Assembly: GCA_963833985.1 (NCBI GenBank)
Contig: CAWIAD010000002.1
Coordinates: 1,952,001-2,016,000, forward strand
DNA from: an uncultured Planctomycetaceae bacterium
Lineage (GTDB): Bacteria > Planctomycetota > Planctomycetia > Isosphaerales > Isosphaeraceae
Reading direction: 5' to 3'
Length of the DNA: 64,000 nt
This document shows positions 23,683 through 35,543 of this stretch, one piece after another (position 1 is the first letter of the stretch; every line of letters starts with the position of its first letter). The notes under the pieces are model-generated. The model did not search any database, was not told the DNA's origin, and was given only the letters and a program-made list of their open reading frames with translations. The position numbers and the translations under genes were made by a program.

Positions 23683-24092
23683 GGAGTTGCTCTCTTTGCT
23701 TGTAGTGCAGGTCGTGTATGCGGTGCGCAGAGCGGCCCTGGCTGCTGGTTCACCGAGGAGCGGCGCGGGGAGCGGCCCTCTCGGCGAGCCGCGGCCGATG
23801 CGCCGGGATCTGCCGTCTATCTATGAGGATCCGACCGAAACTGCCAAAAACCGGAGGAATCCGGAGAAATTTTTGGTTTCCCCCTCAGCCGTCGGGCAGG
23901 TGTATTCGTACGGCAGGCGATGCTTGCGTGCCGGGGCGTCTGCGTCCGCATCTGCGTCGCCGCAGGGCACGCAATCCTTGCGTGCCGGGGTGCGCACCAT
24001 GACTTCTCCGCCTGGAGCCCGGGCACATGGCCACGTGCGCGGGCACCATGGATTCTGCGGCAGATGGCCACATGCGCCAGCGCCACGGACTA

Positions 24093-24599
24093 TGCGGCGC
24101 ATGGCCACGTGCGTCAGCACGTGGTTTTCACGGGCGCAGCCCCCAACCTCGGGCGTGAGCCCGACCAGTGAGGAAGCCAGGAACGCAAATCAGTGCGTCG
24201 TCGCTGCGCTGGACACACCATACACATCTAGTGATCAAGAGTATGAGCATTTGTATGGTGCGTCCAGCGCAGCGACGACGCACCAGTGGGGAAGCTCGGG
24301 CCGCAAATCGGTGCGTCGTCGCTGCGCTGGACACACCCGACACACCTGGAGCCCGCGACGCACGTCACCGTGCGCGGGCGCGATGGACTCTGCGGGCATC
24401 GTCCCAGGACGTCGTACGGCGGGTGCGGTTCGGCGCACGCAAGGCCCTGCCAGCCGGTGGGTTGCGCTACGCTGACCCACCCTACGGTCGGCGCGCCAAG
24501 GCCATTCTGGGACGATGCCACTCTGCGGCACATGGCCACGTGCGTCAGTACGTGGTTTTCACGGGCGCAGCCCCCAACCTCGGGCGTGAGCCCGACCAG
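24093..24599. repeat. 76-bp direct repeats (24093-24168, 24524-24599) enclosing a cluster of four REP-like palindromes
   Basis: Copies differ at 2 positions. REPs at ~24193-24223 (-), 24253-24284 (+), 24309-24340 (-), 24456-24485 (-). Confidence 0.88.
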
Positions 24600-24747
24600 C
24601 ACCGCGCCGCATCACGCGCATCCCCACGACGATGTTCCACCCGTCACGGCGTTCGGGGCGCATGGGCTTACAGACCTGCCAGCCTTCGGGCTTGCATCCC
24701 TGTCCCGCGATGTATTACACTTGTCGTTGAATGCGGGGAAGTTGCTG

Positions 24748-26283
24748 ATGATGGAAGCGACAATCACGAAACCGAGCGTTCTCACGAAACCGCTGGGGCC
24801 GAGGTTCCGGCTCAGCGGGCTGATGATCCTGGTGCTTGGTGCGGGGTTGTCCCTCGGTCTCATGAGCCGGGCCCACGTGTCCGTCGGCGGGGGGCCGTCG
24901 TACTGGCGGTCGCCGCTCACCAGGTGGCTGGGCGTGGTCATGGCGCCCTGCGGCGCCGCGCTGAGCCTGGCGCTGCTGATCCAGGTCTTCGGCCAGTTCG
25001 AGCACCGAGAGTCGCCGGGGCGACAGGCGTGGCCCTTGTGCTGGCGGCTGGCGGCCCTGGCCCTGCTGGCGCTGCTCCTGGCCGAGGAGTCCTCGCTCTT
25101 GCAGGTCGTGCCCCCGAGTTCGTGGTCGGCGAACTGGCCTCCCGGACGGTTGAGTCCCCTGGTCCTCGACTCACGCCAGAGGATCCTGCCGGTTGCGGAG
25201 GGGCTTTTGATGGTTGGCCTGGTACTGGGGATGCGACCGCGCCGGGCTCGATCGGGAAGTCAGCCGACGCGTCTGGCGGCCTGGCTGATGGCGGTTCTGG
25301 CGGGCGTGGGCGGCGCGATGATCGTGGCCACCATGATGACGATTCCCTACCTGGTCCTGATCGCTGTCGAGATGGTGGAGAACGCCATGTTGCGTCCGGG
25401 TGAGGGGAGCGGAGGGCTGTTGGCCAGTCCTGCCGCAGCCTCCCTGCCACAGGGGTTGGCCGATCGGTTGAACGGAATCGTTCCGGAAGTCGGTCTCGCC
25501 CTGCTGCTTGTTCTGTTCGCGGGGGCGTGGCTGTCGTCGTCGCTGCGCCGCGCGGCTGCGGACGAGGTCCGCGCGGGTCGCGGCTCCTGGCGTGATTTAT
25601 GCTTCGGCCTCATCGTGGCCGCAGCGTGCCTGTTTGCGGGGAGCCATCTGGTCTTCCGAACGCTTCCTTTTGTTCAGCCGCTGGCTCTCGAGGGGCTGGC
25701 GATGAACGTCGGTGCCTGGGAGCTGAGGGTGATCGTGATCGGCGTCGGCTGTTTTTCCGCCGGGCTGCTTGCCCATATCCTGGCGCCGGGGGTGGACGGG
25801 GTCGAACGCGAGACGCGTTCTCGACCCGCGTTGAACTGGCAAGCCGCCTGGCTACTCAAGGCGATGGTCGCCGTGCTGTTGCTTGTCGTCATCCTGAGCA
25901 GCCTCGAGGAGATCGAAACGCGGGGAGGATTGACCGGGCGGTTCCTTCCCGGGTGGCTGTTCGGATGGCTCGTCCCCTGGCGCGCTCCGAGCGCGCACCT
26001 GTGGGACTGGCTACGCGTCAACGAATGGGCCGGCATGGTGACCTCGGACGCAAGCCTCTGGTTTCCGGCACTGATCATCCCCTGGCTCGGCTGGCGATCA
26101 GTCGGATTGTTGATCCTGGCCAGGAACCCGGCTCCCGCGCCTTTCGATCACCTGTTCCATTCCGCGGCCTCGGCGCGTCGGTTCGTCGGCTACTGGTGCG
26201 CGTTTTCGGCTCTTCTGATGGCTGCGGCCCCGGCCCTGGCGTTGACGGGGGTCCTTGTCCTTCATCATGCGCTGGCGATGTGA
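24748..26283 (+). CDS. Multi-pass membrane protein
   Basis: PRFRLSGLMILV N-terminus and roughly a dozen hydrophobic segments. Confidence 0.75.
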   Translation: MMEATITKPSVLTKPLGPRFRLSGLMILVLGAGLSLGLMSRAHVSVGGGPSYWRSPLTRWLGVVMAPCGAALSLALLIQVFGQFEHRESPGRQAWPLCWRLAALALLALLLAEESSLLQVVPPSSWSANWPPGRLSPLVLDSRQRILPVAEGLLMVGLVLGMRPRRARSGSQPTRLAAWLMAVLAGVGGAMIVATMMTIPYLVLIAVEMVENAMLRPGEGSGGLLASPAAASLPQGLADRLNGIVPEVGLALLLVLFAGAWLSSSLRRAAADEVRAGRGSWRDLCFGLIVAAACLFAGSHLVFRTLPFVQPLALEGLAMNVGAWELRVIVIGVGCFSAGLLAHILAPGVDGVERETRSRPALNWQAAWLLKAMVAVLLLVVILSSLEEIETRGGLTGRFLPGWLFGWLVPWRAPSAHLWDWLRVNEWAGMVTSDASLWFPALIIPWLGWRSVGLLILARNPAPAPFDHLFHSAASARRFVGYWCAFSALLMAAAPALALTGVLVLHHALAM

Positions 26284-26446
26284 AGCGGATGGATCAAAGC
26301 CGGATGGCGGTCCGTGCGCAATTGGATCTGGGGCGGGTTGTTCAGGAGCAGACAAAAGGTATGGGCGGCCCCATCATCCCCTGAGCTTCCGCCCGTTCGC
26401 TGCACGCGTGATGGTGTGGGCGAGTACCATGTTCGTGTGAGCATTT

Positions 26447-26535
26447 GTAGTGTATGAAGAGCGCAGCGACGACGCACCAGTGTTGAAGCCGGTGCGGTGA
26501 GTTGGTGCGTCGTCGCTGCGCTGGACACAACCTAC
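26447..26535. repeat. Inverted REP doublet (REPIN-like)
   Basis: GTAG...AGCGCAGCGACGACGCACC and inverted GGTGCGTCGTCGCTGCGCT...CTAC; same family as 24193-24340. Confidence 0.85.
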
Positions 26536-26538
26536 GAG

Positions 26539-27477
26539 CTACCCTCTCGGGATGAATCCGGGAACACCGGTCTCCACAACGGAATTGAACCGGATCCGCA
26601 ACTGGATTCCTTCGCTCATCTCGCGCATGGCCTCTTCGGGCAGGGTGGAGACGTCAAAGTTCTCCTTGATCCGGCTGGGGGTCTTCGAGGTGGTCAGGAG
26701 CGCCGTCCCGCGCTGGATGGCCCAGGCGAGCAGGACCTGGGCCGGGGTCTTGTTGACTCGCCTGGCGATCGCGGTCACGACAGGATCTTCCAGCAGCCTG
26801 GGCTCGCTGCTATGCCCCAGCGCTGCGAATGCTTGCAACACGATGCCATTCTTCCTGCAATAGTCCAGGAGGTCCCATTGCGGGAGGTACGGATGGGATT
26901 CGACGTGAACCACCGCGGGCTTGATCCTGGACGCATCAAAGATCTCTTTTACCTGGGTCAGGCCGATGTCGGATAATCCGATGGCCTTGCACTTGCCCTC
27001 GTCCACCAGACCCTCCAGCGCCCTCCATGTATCCAGCAACGTCACCCCTTTGTCATAAATCACATTGCCATTCGCATCTCTCGGGTCCTGCTCGTCTCCC
27101 GGTTGGAAGGCAAAGGGCGTGTGGATGAGATAGAGATCGACGTCGTCGAGCTGGAGTCTCTTGAGACTGGCCTCCAGGGCGGATTTGACGCGTTCAGGAC
27201 GATGATTGTTATTCCAGAGTTTGGTGGCGACAAACACGTCCTCCCGCTGGATCTTCCCCGCCTTGAACACCTCCTGCATGGCTTCGCCGACCTCTTTTTC
27301 GTTTCGGTAGCGTTCCGAGGAGTCGAGCTGGCGGAATCCTGCCTCGAGCGCCGCCCTGGTCGCGGTTCTGGTTGCCACGGGGTCGGGAATCAGTGTGCCA
27401 AAGCCGAGGGCGGGGATCGCGCCGGATCCATTGTTGAGCGCGATCCTGGTGTCGCGAAGGTTGTCGCTCGCTACCAT
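26539..27477 (-). CDS. Aldo/keto reductase (AKR1/5-like)
   Basis: IPALGFGT, YRNEKEVG, VATKLWN, DLYLIHTP, AQVLLAWAIQRG, SRIKENF. Confidence 0.93.
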   Translation of the reverse strand: MVASDNLRDTRIALNNGSGAIPALGFGTLIPDPVATRTATRAALEAGFRQLDSSERYRNEKEVGEAMQEVFKAGKIQREDVFVATKLWNNNHRPERVKSALEASLKRLQLDDVDLYLIHTPFAFQPGDEQDPRDANGNVIYDKGVTLLDTWRALEGLVDEGKCKAIGLSDIGLTQVKEIFDASRIKPAVVHVESHPYLPQWDLLDYCRKNGIVLQAFAALGHSSEPRLLEDPVVTAIARRVNKTPAQVLLAWAIQRGTALLTTSKTPSRIKENFDVSTLPEEAMREMSEGIQLRIRFNSVVETGVPGFIPRG

Positions 27478-27692
27478 TGTTTCACTCCTCCGATATGAAT
27501 TCGCTGCCGCCGGGCCAGCCTGTCGTGCCGAGATCGGTTCGGCCGTGTTGAGGACCGCGAGGGCGGACATTGGGCCGTTCAGCCTGGCGCGGCGTGCATC
27601 ATCCGCCGCGAGCAGGCTACCGTCTCGTCAGTGGCCAAAGTTGCGTGAGGCCGCCGGCCTCATGACGGAAGTGGGGACAGTGGGCGGCCGGT

Positions 27693-28674
<982 letters not shown>

Positions 28675-28931
28675 GTGCTTGCTCCTCGGGAAGCGTGCTC
28701 TTTCTCCGACGTGGATTTCACGATGAGCGTCGACCACGTGATCCTGGGCCTCGCTCGGGGACCCGCAAGGCGCATTAGACACCGTCGGATGCTCGTAAGC
28801 AAAGGAAAAAGTGTGAGCGGAAGCGGCCGAAGCGGCCGAAGCGGCCCCACCCGAGCCGCCGTCGGGTGTTCCGCTCCGGTCGCATGAGCCGTGGTCTCCG
28901 ATGCCGCGAGTTGAAATCCCGCCGTCCGGGG

Positions 28932-29399
28932 TTACTTCGCGGTCGGCGGCTCTTGCTTCTGGAGCTCGGTGATCTGACGCTGCAATGCCTCGAGGATGTC
29001 AAGGACTTGCTCCTGTTGGGTCTGCTCGAGCTTCCGCCTGTATTGCAGGAAGTAGAGCAGCAGGAACGGGGCCACGCAAATGGTGCAAGTCAGATAGCAC
29101 GTCCACAGCGCGATGCCGACGGCTGTGCCTACCGGCTCCGGGAAAAAATGGAAGAGATGCTCAAGCGCGTAAACTCCCTGCGGCGCAAGAAATGACGCGA
29201 GCAGGAAATAAAAGAGCCCGAGCAGCACGACCGCCGCCGTGCCGAACATCGCGGCCCGCATTCGCCGCTCGTGTCGAGCGGCTTTCTCGAGCTTTTGATG
29301 TAGCTTGCGGCGGTACTCGCCGAGCTGCGTCTCGCTGACCCGCGTCTCTTGCTCCAGCAGCAGAGCTGCGAACGGCTGATGCGGCCTAGGGTCCGTCAT
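28932..29399 (-). CDS. Two-TM membrane protein, candidate anti-sigma factor
   Basis: Overlaps the stop of the upstream ECF gene; two hydrophobic helices. Confidence 0.6.
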   Translation of the reverse strand: MTDPRPHQPFAALLLEQETRVSETQLGEYRRKLHQKLEKAARHERRMRAAMFGTAAVVLLGLFYFLLASFLAPQGVYALEHLFHFFPEPVGTAVGIALWTCYLTCTICVAPFLLLYFLQYRRKLEQTQQEQVLDILEALQRQITELQKQEPPTAK

Positions 29400-29952
29400 G
29401 AGTGAGCCTTTCGATAACATCCCGAAGCGATCGCTTCGCGTGATACATCCGGGACTTCACAGTCCCCAGTGGGCAGGAAAGCGACTGAGCGATCTCTTCC
29501 AGCCGCATCCCTTCCAGGAAGTGCAATACTAGGACCTCCCGATGCTCGACCGAGAGGTATGCGAGGGCTTGATGGACGAGTTCGACGTCGTCATGCACGG
29601 GCTCGTCGCAAGCGGCCACATCCGTTGCGTCACTCGCAGCTCCTTCCACCGATGCCGCCAAGCGGCGCTCTCGGCGGAGGAACTCCACGACCTTCCCGTG
29701 GGTAATCTTGTAAAGCCAGACGCGAAACGCCTCGGGTGCCTCCAATCTCGACAGGAGACGAAAGGCCGAGAGCCATACTTCCTGGAGCACGTCCAGCGCC
29801 TGGTCGGCATCCCCCACGAATCGCAGAATGTAATACAGGAGCCGACGCTCGTAGAGCGTCACCAAGCGGCGGAACGCCTCCATGTCGCCTTGCTGGGCGC
29901 GCCGCACCTCAATCCTCTCCTCCAGGCGACTCATCTCGTCGGCCGGCCTCAT
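29386..29952 (-). CDS. ECF sigma-70 factor
   Basis: AQQGDMEAFRRLV, ALDVLQEVW, FRVWLYKI, CPLGTVKSRMYHAK. Confidence 0.92.
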   Translation of the reverse strand: MRPADEMSRLEERIEVRRAQQGDMEAFRRLVTLYERRLLYYILRFVGDADQALDVLQEVWLSAFRLLSRLEAPEAFRVWLYKITHGKVVEFLRRERRLAASVEGAASDATDVAACDEPVHDDVELVHQALAYLSVEHREVLVLHFLEGMRLEEIAQSLSCPLGTVKSRMYHAKRSLRDVIERLTHDGP

Positions 29953-30110
29953 TCGTCTGTTAACTCCCGGCCACAGGAAACCTGGCACTCCTGCATATCA
30001 AGTCGCTCGCCAGGAGACGCAGGTTCAAACTTGGACCTGGTTTGAACCTCCGAGCCCCATCGAGCGACTTCTCCTCCGGATCACATCATTACCCGTTCAG
30101 GAGATGTCCC

Positions 30111-31349
30111 ATGCGATCACGACTCTGTGCCCTGAGTGCCTTGCTGGCATCCGTGGGCCTGGCCGCCGCCGCCGAGTGCGACGACATCAAGACGTCCGTC
30201 GCGGCGAAGATCGAAGCCTCCGCGGCACCGGCCGCCGGCACTCAGGAGGCCAACAACGGCCGACCCGTTGAATCGGCACGAGGCGCCGGACAAAAGCCGA
30301 TACCAGTCACGAGCCGTCCGCCTTCAGTCTCGGAGAACTGGGAGAGCACAGCAACGCTGACGGGGCATAAGGACCTCGTCAAATCACTCGCCTTTTCGCC
30401 CGACGGGAAGCGACTCTTCAGCGCCAGCTTTGACGGGGAGATCAAGGTCTGGGACACGAAAACCCGCAAGCAACTGGCCTCGATCATCGCCCACAGGGGG
30501 GCTCTTATGGCGCTGATCGTCTCACCCTCCGGAGAGTTTCTCTGCTCAGCGGGCGCAGCTCCCGGCGAGGTGACGGTCTGGGATCTTCGGACGCTGAAAC
30601 CGCGGATGACGCTTTCCTATCCGCACCCGGTCTATTGCCTGGCGTTCTCGCGTGATTCTGAACTGGTTGCGGCAGCGGGCGAGCACGAGGTCTTTATCTG
30701 GAGCTTGCGGGACGGTGAGCGAAAGCACGAGTTGGCGGTCGGGATGTGGCCGATTACGGGCCTGGCGTTTTCCCGGGATGCTCGCGTTCTCTACGTTGGA
30801 GGATACCCGGACATGGGCGCGGGTCAGACTGCTGCCAAATCTGGGATTGTTCGTGTCTGGGATTATTCGACCGGAGCCAAGCTTGGCGAAATCGGGCTCC
30901 CCCATCCGGTTGACGGTATCGACCTGAGCCATGACGGCCGCACGCTTGCCGTGAGCGCAGTGGCCCTGCACGCCTTCGACGTCGCAATCTCTACCCGCCG
31001 CGTCAGTTTGACCAGTCGTTTTTCCGCTCTGGACCAGCAGTTGCGGGGCGGATCCCCGATTTTTCAGGAGCAATTCCGTGGGGTTGCCCTGAGTCCCGAC
31101 GCGAACATCATCGCCGGCGCCGCGGGCAGCCCCGGCCCGTTGGCACCCGAGGCGGGCCACGTCGCTTTGTTTGCGCGAAGTGATGGCCGCAGAGTCGCGC
31201 GACTCCAGGCACCCAGGCTAGCCAAAGGCGAGGCTCAAATCGGGGAGCATGACATCGGCACAGTCGCCTTCTCACCCGACGGAAAACTGCTGGCTTCGGG
31301 GGGTAATGAACGCAACGTAGAGCTATGGCTGGCGCCAGCTGCAAAGTAG
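30111..31349 (+). CDS. Secreted WD40 repeat protein
   Basis: Signal peptide; LTGHKDLVKSLAFSPDG...IKVWD repeats. Confidence 0.88.
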   Translation: MRSRLCALSALLASVGLAAAAECDDIKTSVAAKIEASAAPAAGTQEANNGRPVESARGAGQKPIPVTSRPPSVSENWESTATLTGHKDLVKSLAFSPDGKRLFSASFDGEIKVWDTKTRKQLASIIAHRGALMALIVSPSGEFLCSAGAAPGEVTVWDLRTLKPRMTLSYPHPVYCLAFSRDSELVAAAGEHEVFIWSLRDGERKHELAVGMWPITGLAFSRDARVLYVGGYPDMGAGQTAAKSGIVRVWDYSTGAKLGEIGLPHPVDGIDLSHDGRTLAVSAVALHAFDVAISTRRVSLTSRFSALDQQLRGGSPIFQEQFRGVALSPDANIIAGAAGSPGPLAPEAGHVALFARSDGRRVARLQAPRLAKGEAQIGEHDIGTVAFSPDGKLLASGGNERNVELWLAPAAK

Positions 31350-31602
31350 TGGCAGGTCGTGGGACGCACCGTATGCCGAGAGCCGCATCGCGGCGCCGAT
31401 GAGATGCGATGACCGAACACAAGGTCATCGCATCTCCATTTTTCAGGCGATTCGTGTGCTGGCCCGATCGATGCGCAAGCTCAAGAATGGAGGACCTGAA
31501 CATGCAACGCATTCTGAAGGGATCCGCGGCAGGCCGGCTACCATTCCTCTGGAAGTCAGGGCGGTTTTCTGAAGGTTGCAGGCAGCTTCTGAGTTTTGGA
31601 AA

Positions 31603-31669
31603 GGGGGGGCAGAGATTCCTGCCTGCCAGGGCAGGCCTGCTCCGGCAGGCAGGAATGCCTGCCCCCCCC
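31603..31669. repeat. Inverted repeat / REP-like hairpin between convergent genes
   Basis: GGGGGGGCAGAGATTCCTGCCTGCC ... GGCAGGCAGGAATGCCTGCCCCCCC. Confidence 0.7.
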
Positions 31670-31788
31670 GCTCTCAGGCTGCGATCCAGGAGAAAACCGC
31701 TCCAGTCAGTTTTCAAGCACGCTTTGGACAACCGCCGTACCAGATCCTGCCGTGCCTGACGGACTGTGAGCGGGCCACGGGGTCAAGC

Positions 31789-33480
31789 TCACCGATTGCT
31801 CGCGCCCGCTCGCGCGGGACGCCAGCGCGACTTTGCGGCCGGGGCTGTGGACGGAGATGAGGCCGGCGGGATGTCCTCGGTGTTCACGTTCTTCGCGTCG
31901 GAGGGGGCATCGCCGTCGAAGCGGCTGAACGGATCGTGGTCGGCCTCGGGGTCAAGGTTCAGGTCGGTCGGTTCGGTTTTGTCGGCGGGTTCGGGCGGTG
32001 AGAGCCTCGCCACGGGAGCAGGGGTGGTGTGCGTTGGGTGCCAGGCCATGCGCCGGGTCGAGCCGTTGCCGTTGCCGTTGCCGTCGCTGCCGCCAGGCCC
32101 CGCGGTCTGCCGGGTGGGCACCGACGCCCCGATGAGGATCTCGGGATCGGGGATGGTCACGTCGCCGGGGCGTACCCGCGGGCGATCGGCCTCGTGGCCG
32201 TCGGGCGACTGGGCGCGGGCGATGGTGATCGGCGCCTCGTACTTTCCGCGTGTGCGATCGCGGTCGCGTGTGCGGCTCGGGCTGGGCTCGCGGCTGGCGA
32301 CAAGCGTACCGGAACCGCGCCGCACCGGCGCGTACAGGGCCATCAGGTTATTGCGGTCGAGCACGCTGTAAATGGAGCGCGGCGTGGCGTAGAGCCCGTG
32401 ATTGCCGCGCGGTTCGGCGAAATTGCACACGCCCGCCACGTGGCCGTCAGTGGTATAGAGCCCGCCGCCGGACCGGCCCTGCTTCGGCGCGGTCATGCAC
32501 TCGATGGCCTGGTAGGAGGGGTTGCCCGAGAGCCCGTGCATCTGGGGGTTGAGGATCACGGTGTACCAGGCGGTGGCGTCCTGACCCTCGGAGCAGCCGA
32601 CGGTCATCATCTTCATACGCGCTTTCGGCTCCCAGTGCGCCGGCACGACCCGCGCCGCAGGCAGTCGGCGGCCGGGGCGGATGCGGATCAGGCCGACGTC
32701 CACGGTGAAGTCATAGTCCAGCGCCCGGCCCTCGACCGACTCGACCAGATGCACCTGGGCCGGGTGCTCGCCGTGCAGCTTCCCGTCGAACAGGTCGACC
32801 ATGATCTTGCGAGGAAACCTCTGGGGCGGAACCTGCCGCTGGCCGTCGAGCTTGAAAATATGGGCGCACGTGAGAATAATCGCCTCGTCGTTGGAGCTGG
32901 AGATGACCGTACCGGAGCCGAAGCCGATGGAGCCCTGCGAGAGCACGCGGATGCGGACCACGGTTTCCCAGGGCTTGGGATTGTGGAACTCCGGCTCGGC
33001 GCTGGCCTGGTCTTCGGGTTCTGCGGCCGCGTCCGGATCCGCGGCGCTGCGCGGCTTTTCCGCGGGCTCGGCGCGCTTCGATTCCTCATCTTCGGCATCG
33101 TCCGCCTTGCCGTCATCTTCGGCGGCGTGAGCGCGCGAGCTGCTCGGCGGCTGCACCTTGGCCTTGGCGTCGAGATAAAACCGGGCAAGCTGCGCGGCCG
33201 CCTGGCTGCCCGAGGTGCGGCCCAGCTCGCGGCCGTCGCGGTCGACGACGATGAAGGTGGGCACGGCGTCCACGCCGTAGCGTTCCTTCAGGTCGGGCGA
33301 CTGATCGATGTCGATGGACCGGATCGGGTAGCCCTTGCGCGCTAGCTGGCTGACGGCCGGGCGCATCTGCCGGCAAGGCCCGCACCACTCGGCATGGAAG
33401 TCGAGGAGTACGGGTTCGGATCCTGCGGCGCTGGAAGGGACTGTGACAAGCAGGGCGACCAGTAGGGAGGCGATGGTCAT
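31789..33480 (-). CDS. Secreted thioredoxin + trypsin-like serine protease fusion
   Basis: Signal peptide, WCGPC, then ILTCAH / VDVGL / QGRSGGGL catalytic triad motifs. Confidence 0.88.
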   Translation of the reverse strand: MTIASLLVALLVTVPSSAAGSEPVLLDFHAEWCGPCRQMRPAVSQLARKGYPIRSIDIDQSPDLKERYGVDAVPTFIVVDRDGRELGRTSGSQAAAQLARFYLDAKAKVQPPSSSRAHAAEDDGKADDAEDEESKRAEPAEKPRSAADPDAAAEPEDQASAEPEFHNPKPWETVVRIRVLSQGSIGFGSGTVISSSNDEAIILTCAHIFKLDGQRQVPPQRFPRKIMVDLFDGKLHGEHPAQVHLVESVEGRALDYDFTVDVGLIRIRPGRRLPAARVVPAHWEPKARMKMMTVGCSEGQDATAWYTVILNPQMHGLSGNPSYQAIECMTAPKQGRSGGGLYTTDGHVAGVCNFAEPRGNHGLYATPRSIYSVLDRNNLMALYAPVRRGSGTLVASREPSPSRTRDRDRTRGKYEAPITIARAQSPDGHEADRPRVRPGDVTIPDPEILIGASVPTRQTAGPGGSDGNGNGNGSTRRMAWHPTHTTPAPVARLSPPEPADKTEPTDLNLDPEADHDPFSRFDGDAPSDAKNVNTEDIPPASSPSTAPAAKSRWRPARAGASNR

Positions 33481-34122
33481 GCCGCAAGGACTCCTTTCCC
33501 TCGGAACAATCGGCGCGATGGCGCGCGGGCATCAACCTCGGTTGGGACGAGCGTGATGTCATGCGCTTCAGCGTGGTGTGTGCGACCCGAATGCGGATGG
33601 GCCTCTGCGGGCGAGCTCCATTGCCCGGTCATCCCCGAGTCGCCGCGCCAGGACCAGGCGCGGAGCACGAGAAAGGGATGGTCCACCCTCTGGAGGGCGG
33701 ACACCGGAGCCGAAAGAAGCCGATGCAAGGCGAGATGAGGTGCGATGTGCCGGGAGTGCAACCCGGCCCTTCCTTGGGCAATGGGCGTCATCACAGGGCC
33801 AACGCGGCATGCCCTCATGGCCAGCCGCGTCCCGCCATGCCGCACGTCCCCGAGCCTGATCGGCCCGAACGGGTCGAGACCGAAGTCTCGAACCTGGACG
33901 TCCTGGTCCGGCGGTCCCGTGGTGGATGCGACATCCCTGAAGCTCGCCTTCCCCGAGCGTCCAGCTCGAGGTGCACGGGATTCGGAGGGGATCGCGTTCA
34001 CCGCGGTGAGCCCCTTTTACTAGGAGTGAACAAGGAGTACCAGATCAGTTATCGGAGCGGTGCTCCTTTTTCTTGAGCTTTCCTGGAATCCTGTTCCGGA
34101 ATCCGCAGGAACGCTGATCCGG

Positions 34123-35511
34123 TCAAGACGAGATGGGCGGGTGGCGGCAGCCGAATGAGCGGAGGCGAAAGCCCAGCAGCCAGCGCGGCCGCCTCTCGGG
34201 GCATGGCCGCGTTGCCTGGAATTGAAGGAGCCTCGGGACCTTTCTCGCTACGCGCTGTGCCGGGCCTGCTTGCCTCGCGGCGTCCGAGGTACGCGCAGGC
34301 TTCATCGCATCGTTGCGCCACAGGTGCAAGAATCGATATTCGTCCCAGGCGACGCTCAGGAGATCGAGGTCGCCGTCGCCGTCGAGGTCGAACAGCAAGG
34401 TGCCCAGGTGGCTCTCCTTGCCGTGGTCGATGACGTGCGGCGTGAACTGGCCCTGACCGTCGTTCTCGAGCACGAAGAGCCGCTTGTCCTTCCCCTTGTG
34501 CTCGCAGGTCACCAGGTCGAGGTCGCCGTCGTGGTCCAGGTCGGCCACATCCAGGCTGTTCAGCGAGCCGGCGGTCAAGAGCGACCGGCGCTTCCAGGCC
34601 GCGGCGTCTCGCGGTCCTTCCCGTTCAAAGCAGAGCAACTGGGCCACGAGCTCCTGGGTCTGCCACGATTCCTCCGTCACGAGGATTTCGGGGCGGCCGT
34701 CGCCGTTCAGATCGGCGATCGCCAGCCGGTCGGCCGAGAAATTCGGCGTCTGGCCCACGTCGTGACGTTGCCAGGCACCAGGGCGCTTGCCGGGATTCTT
34801 CCACCAGGCCAACGATCGGGGCTGGACGCGGTCGCCCGTGGCTGCCGCGATGTCGATCAGCCCGTCGCCATCGATGTCGCCGACGGCCAGCCCCTGCTCG
34901 GAGGCCTCCGGCGCGGCCAGCGTCACAGGCCAGTTCCCAGCGTCTGGCCGGTCCGGAATCTCCAGGTAACAGGCGCCCTGACCGGTCGTCAGTACGACTT
35001 CCGGCCGGCCGCCGGGAACGAGCTGGGCCGTTGCGAACCCTTGCCCGTTGACGTGCTGCGCAGCAGGCAAGCGGGCGATCTTGATCGCCTTCCACTGCTG
35101 GCCCCGGCGGTCCTGGGCTTCGAGCCAGTAGACCTCGGGAAGCGCCTCGGCGATGCAATCGGCGAACTCGTCGCCATCCACGTCCAGGAACATCAGGGCG
35201 TCCACGTTGCGGCCCAGGTCAATCCGCTTCCAGCGGCCCGTCATGTCGCCCCCGGGGTTGAGATAGAAATAGCGGCCGGCGATGACGTCGAGAGCGCCGT
35301 CGCCGTCCACGTCATGGGCGCTCAGCCCGTAATACTTGAGCCAGTCAGGAGGGGCGAAATCACCCCACTTGCCGCGCGCGTCGTCCACCTGGATGTAGGT
35401 GAATCGATCGAGGCGGATCTTTCCGGGAGGCGCTGCCCACGCCGGGACGGCCGCCATCAGGGCAACGAGTGTGAACCGGGCCAGGCCCGCTTGATTCCGG
35501 CAAATCTTCAC
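34123..35511 (-). CDS. Secreted FG-GAP/VCBS repeat beta-propeller protein (start and 3' end approximate)
   Basis: Repeated DVDGDG/DLNGDG/DLDHDGDLD motifs; signal peptide. Confidence 0.85.
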   Translation of the reverse strand: MKICRNQAGLARFTLVALMAAVPAWAAPPGKIRLDRFTYIQVDDARGKWGDFAPPDWLKYYGLSAHDVDGDGALDVIAGRYFYLNPGGDMTGRWKRIDLGRNVDALMFLDVDGDEFADCIAEALPEVYWLEAQDRRGQQWKAIKIARLPAAQHVNGQGFATAQLVPGGRPEVVLTTGQGACYLEIPDRPDAGNWPVTLAAPEASEQGLAVGDIDGDGLIDIAAATGDRVQPRSLAWWKNPGKRPGAWQRHDVGQTPNFSADRLAIADLNGDGRPEILVTEESWQTQELVAQLLCFEREGPRDAAAWKRRSLLTAGSLNSLDVADLDHDGDLDLVTCEHKGKDKRLFVLENDGQGQFTPHVIDHGKESHLGTLLFDLDGDGDLDLLSVAWDEYRFLHLWRNDAMKPARTSDAARQAGPAQRVARKVPRLLQFQATRPCPERRPRWLLGFRLRSFGCRHPPISS

Positions 35512-35543
35512 GGCTGTCTCCTTGTCGGCCTTCGTTCCACGGG

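Noticed and set aside
24286..24747. N-terminal extension of the 665-aa ORF
   Set aside because: Runs through REP and direct repeats; the membrane protein plausibly starts at 24748
28820..28846. (GAAGCGGCC)x3
   Set aside because: Short GC-rich microrepeat with no supporting context
33481..34120. ORFs in the spacer upstream of the thioredoxin-protease gene
   Set aside because: No motif or coding-like composition in any frame
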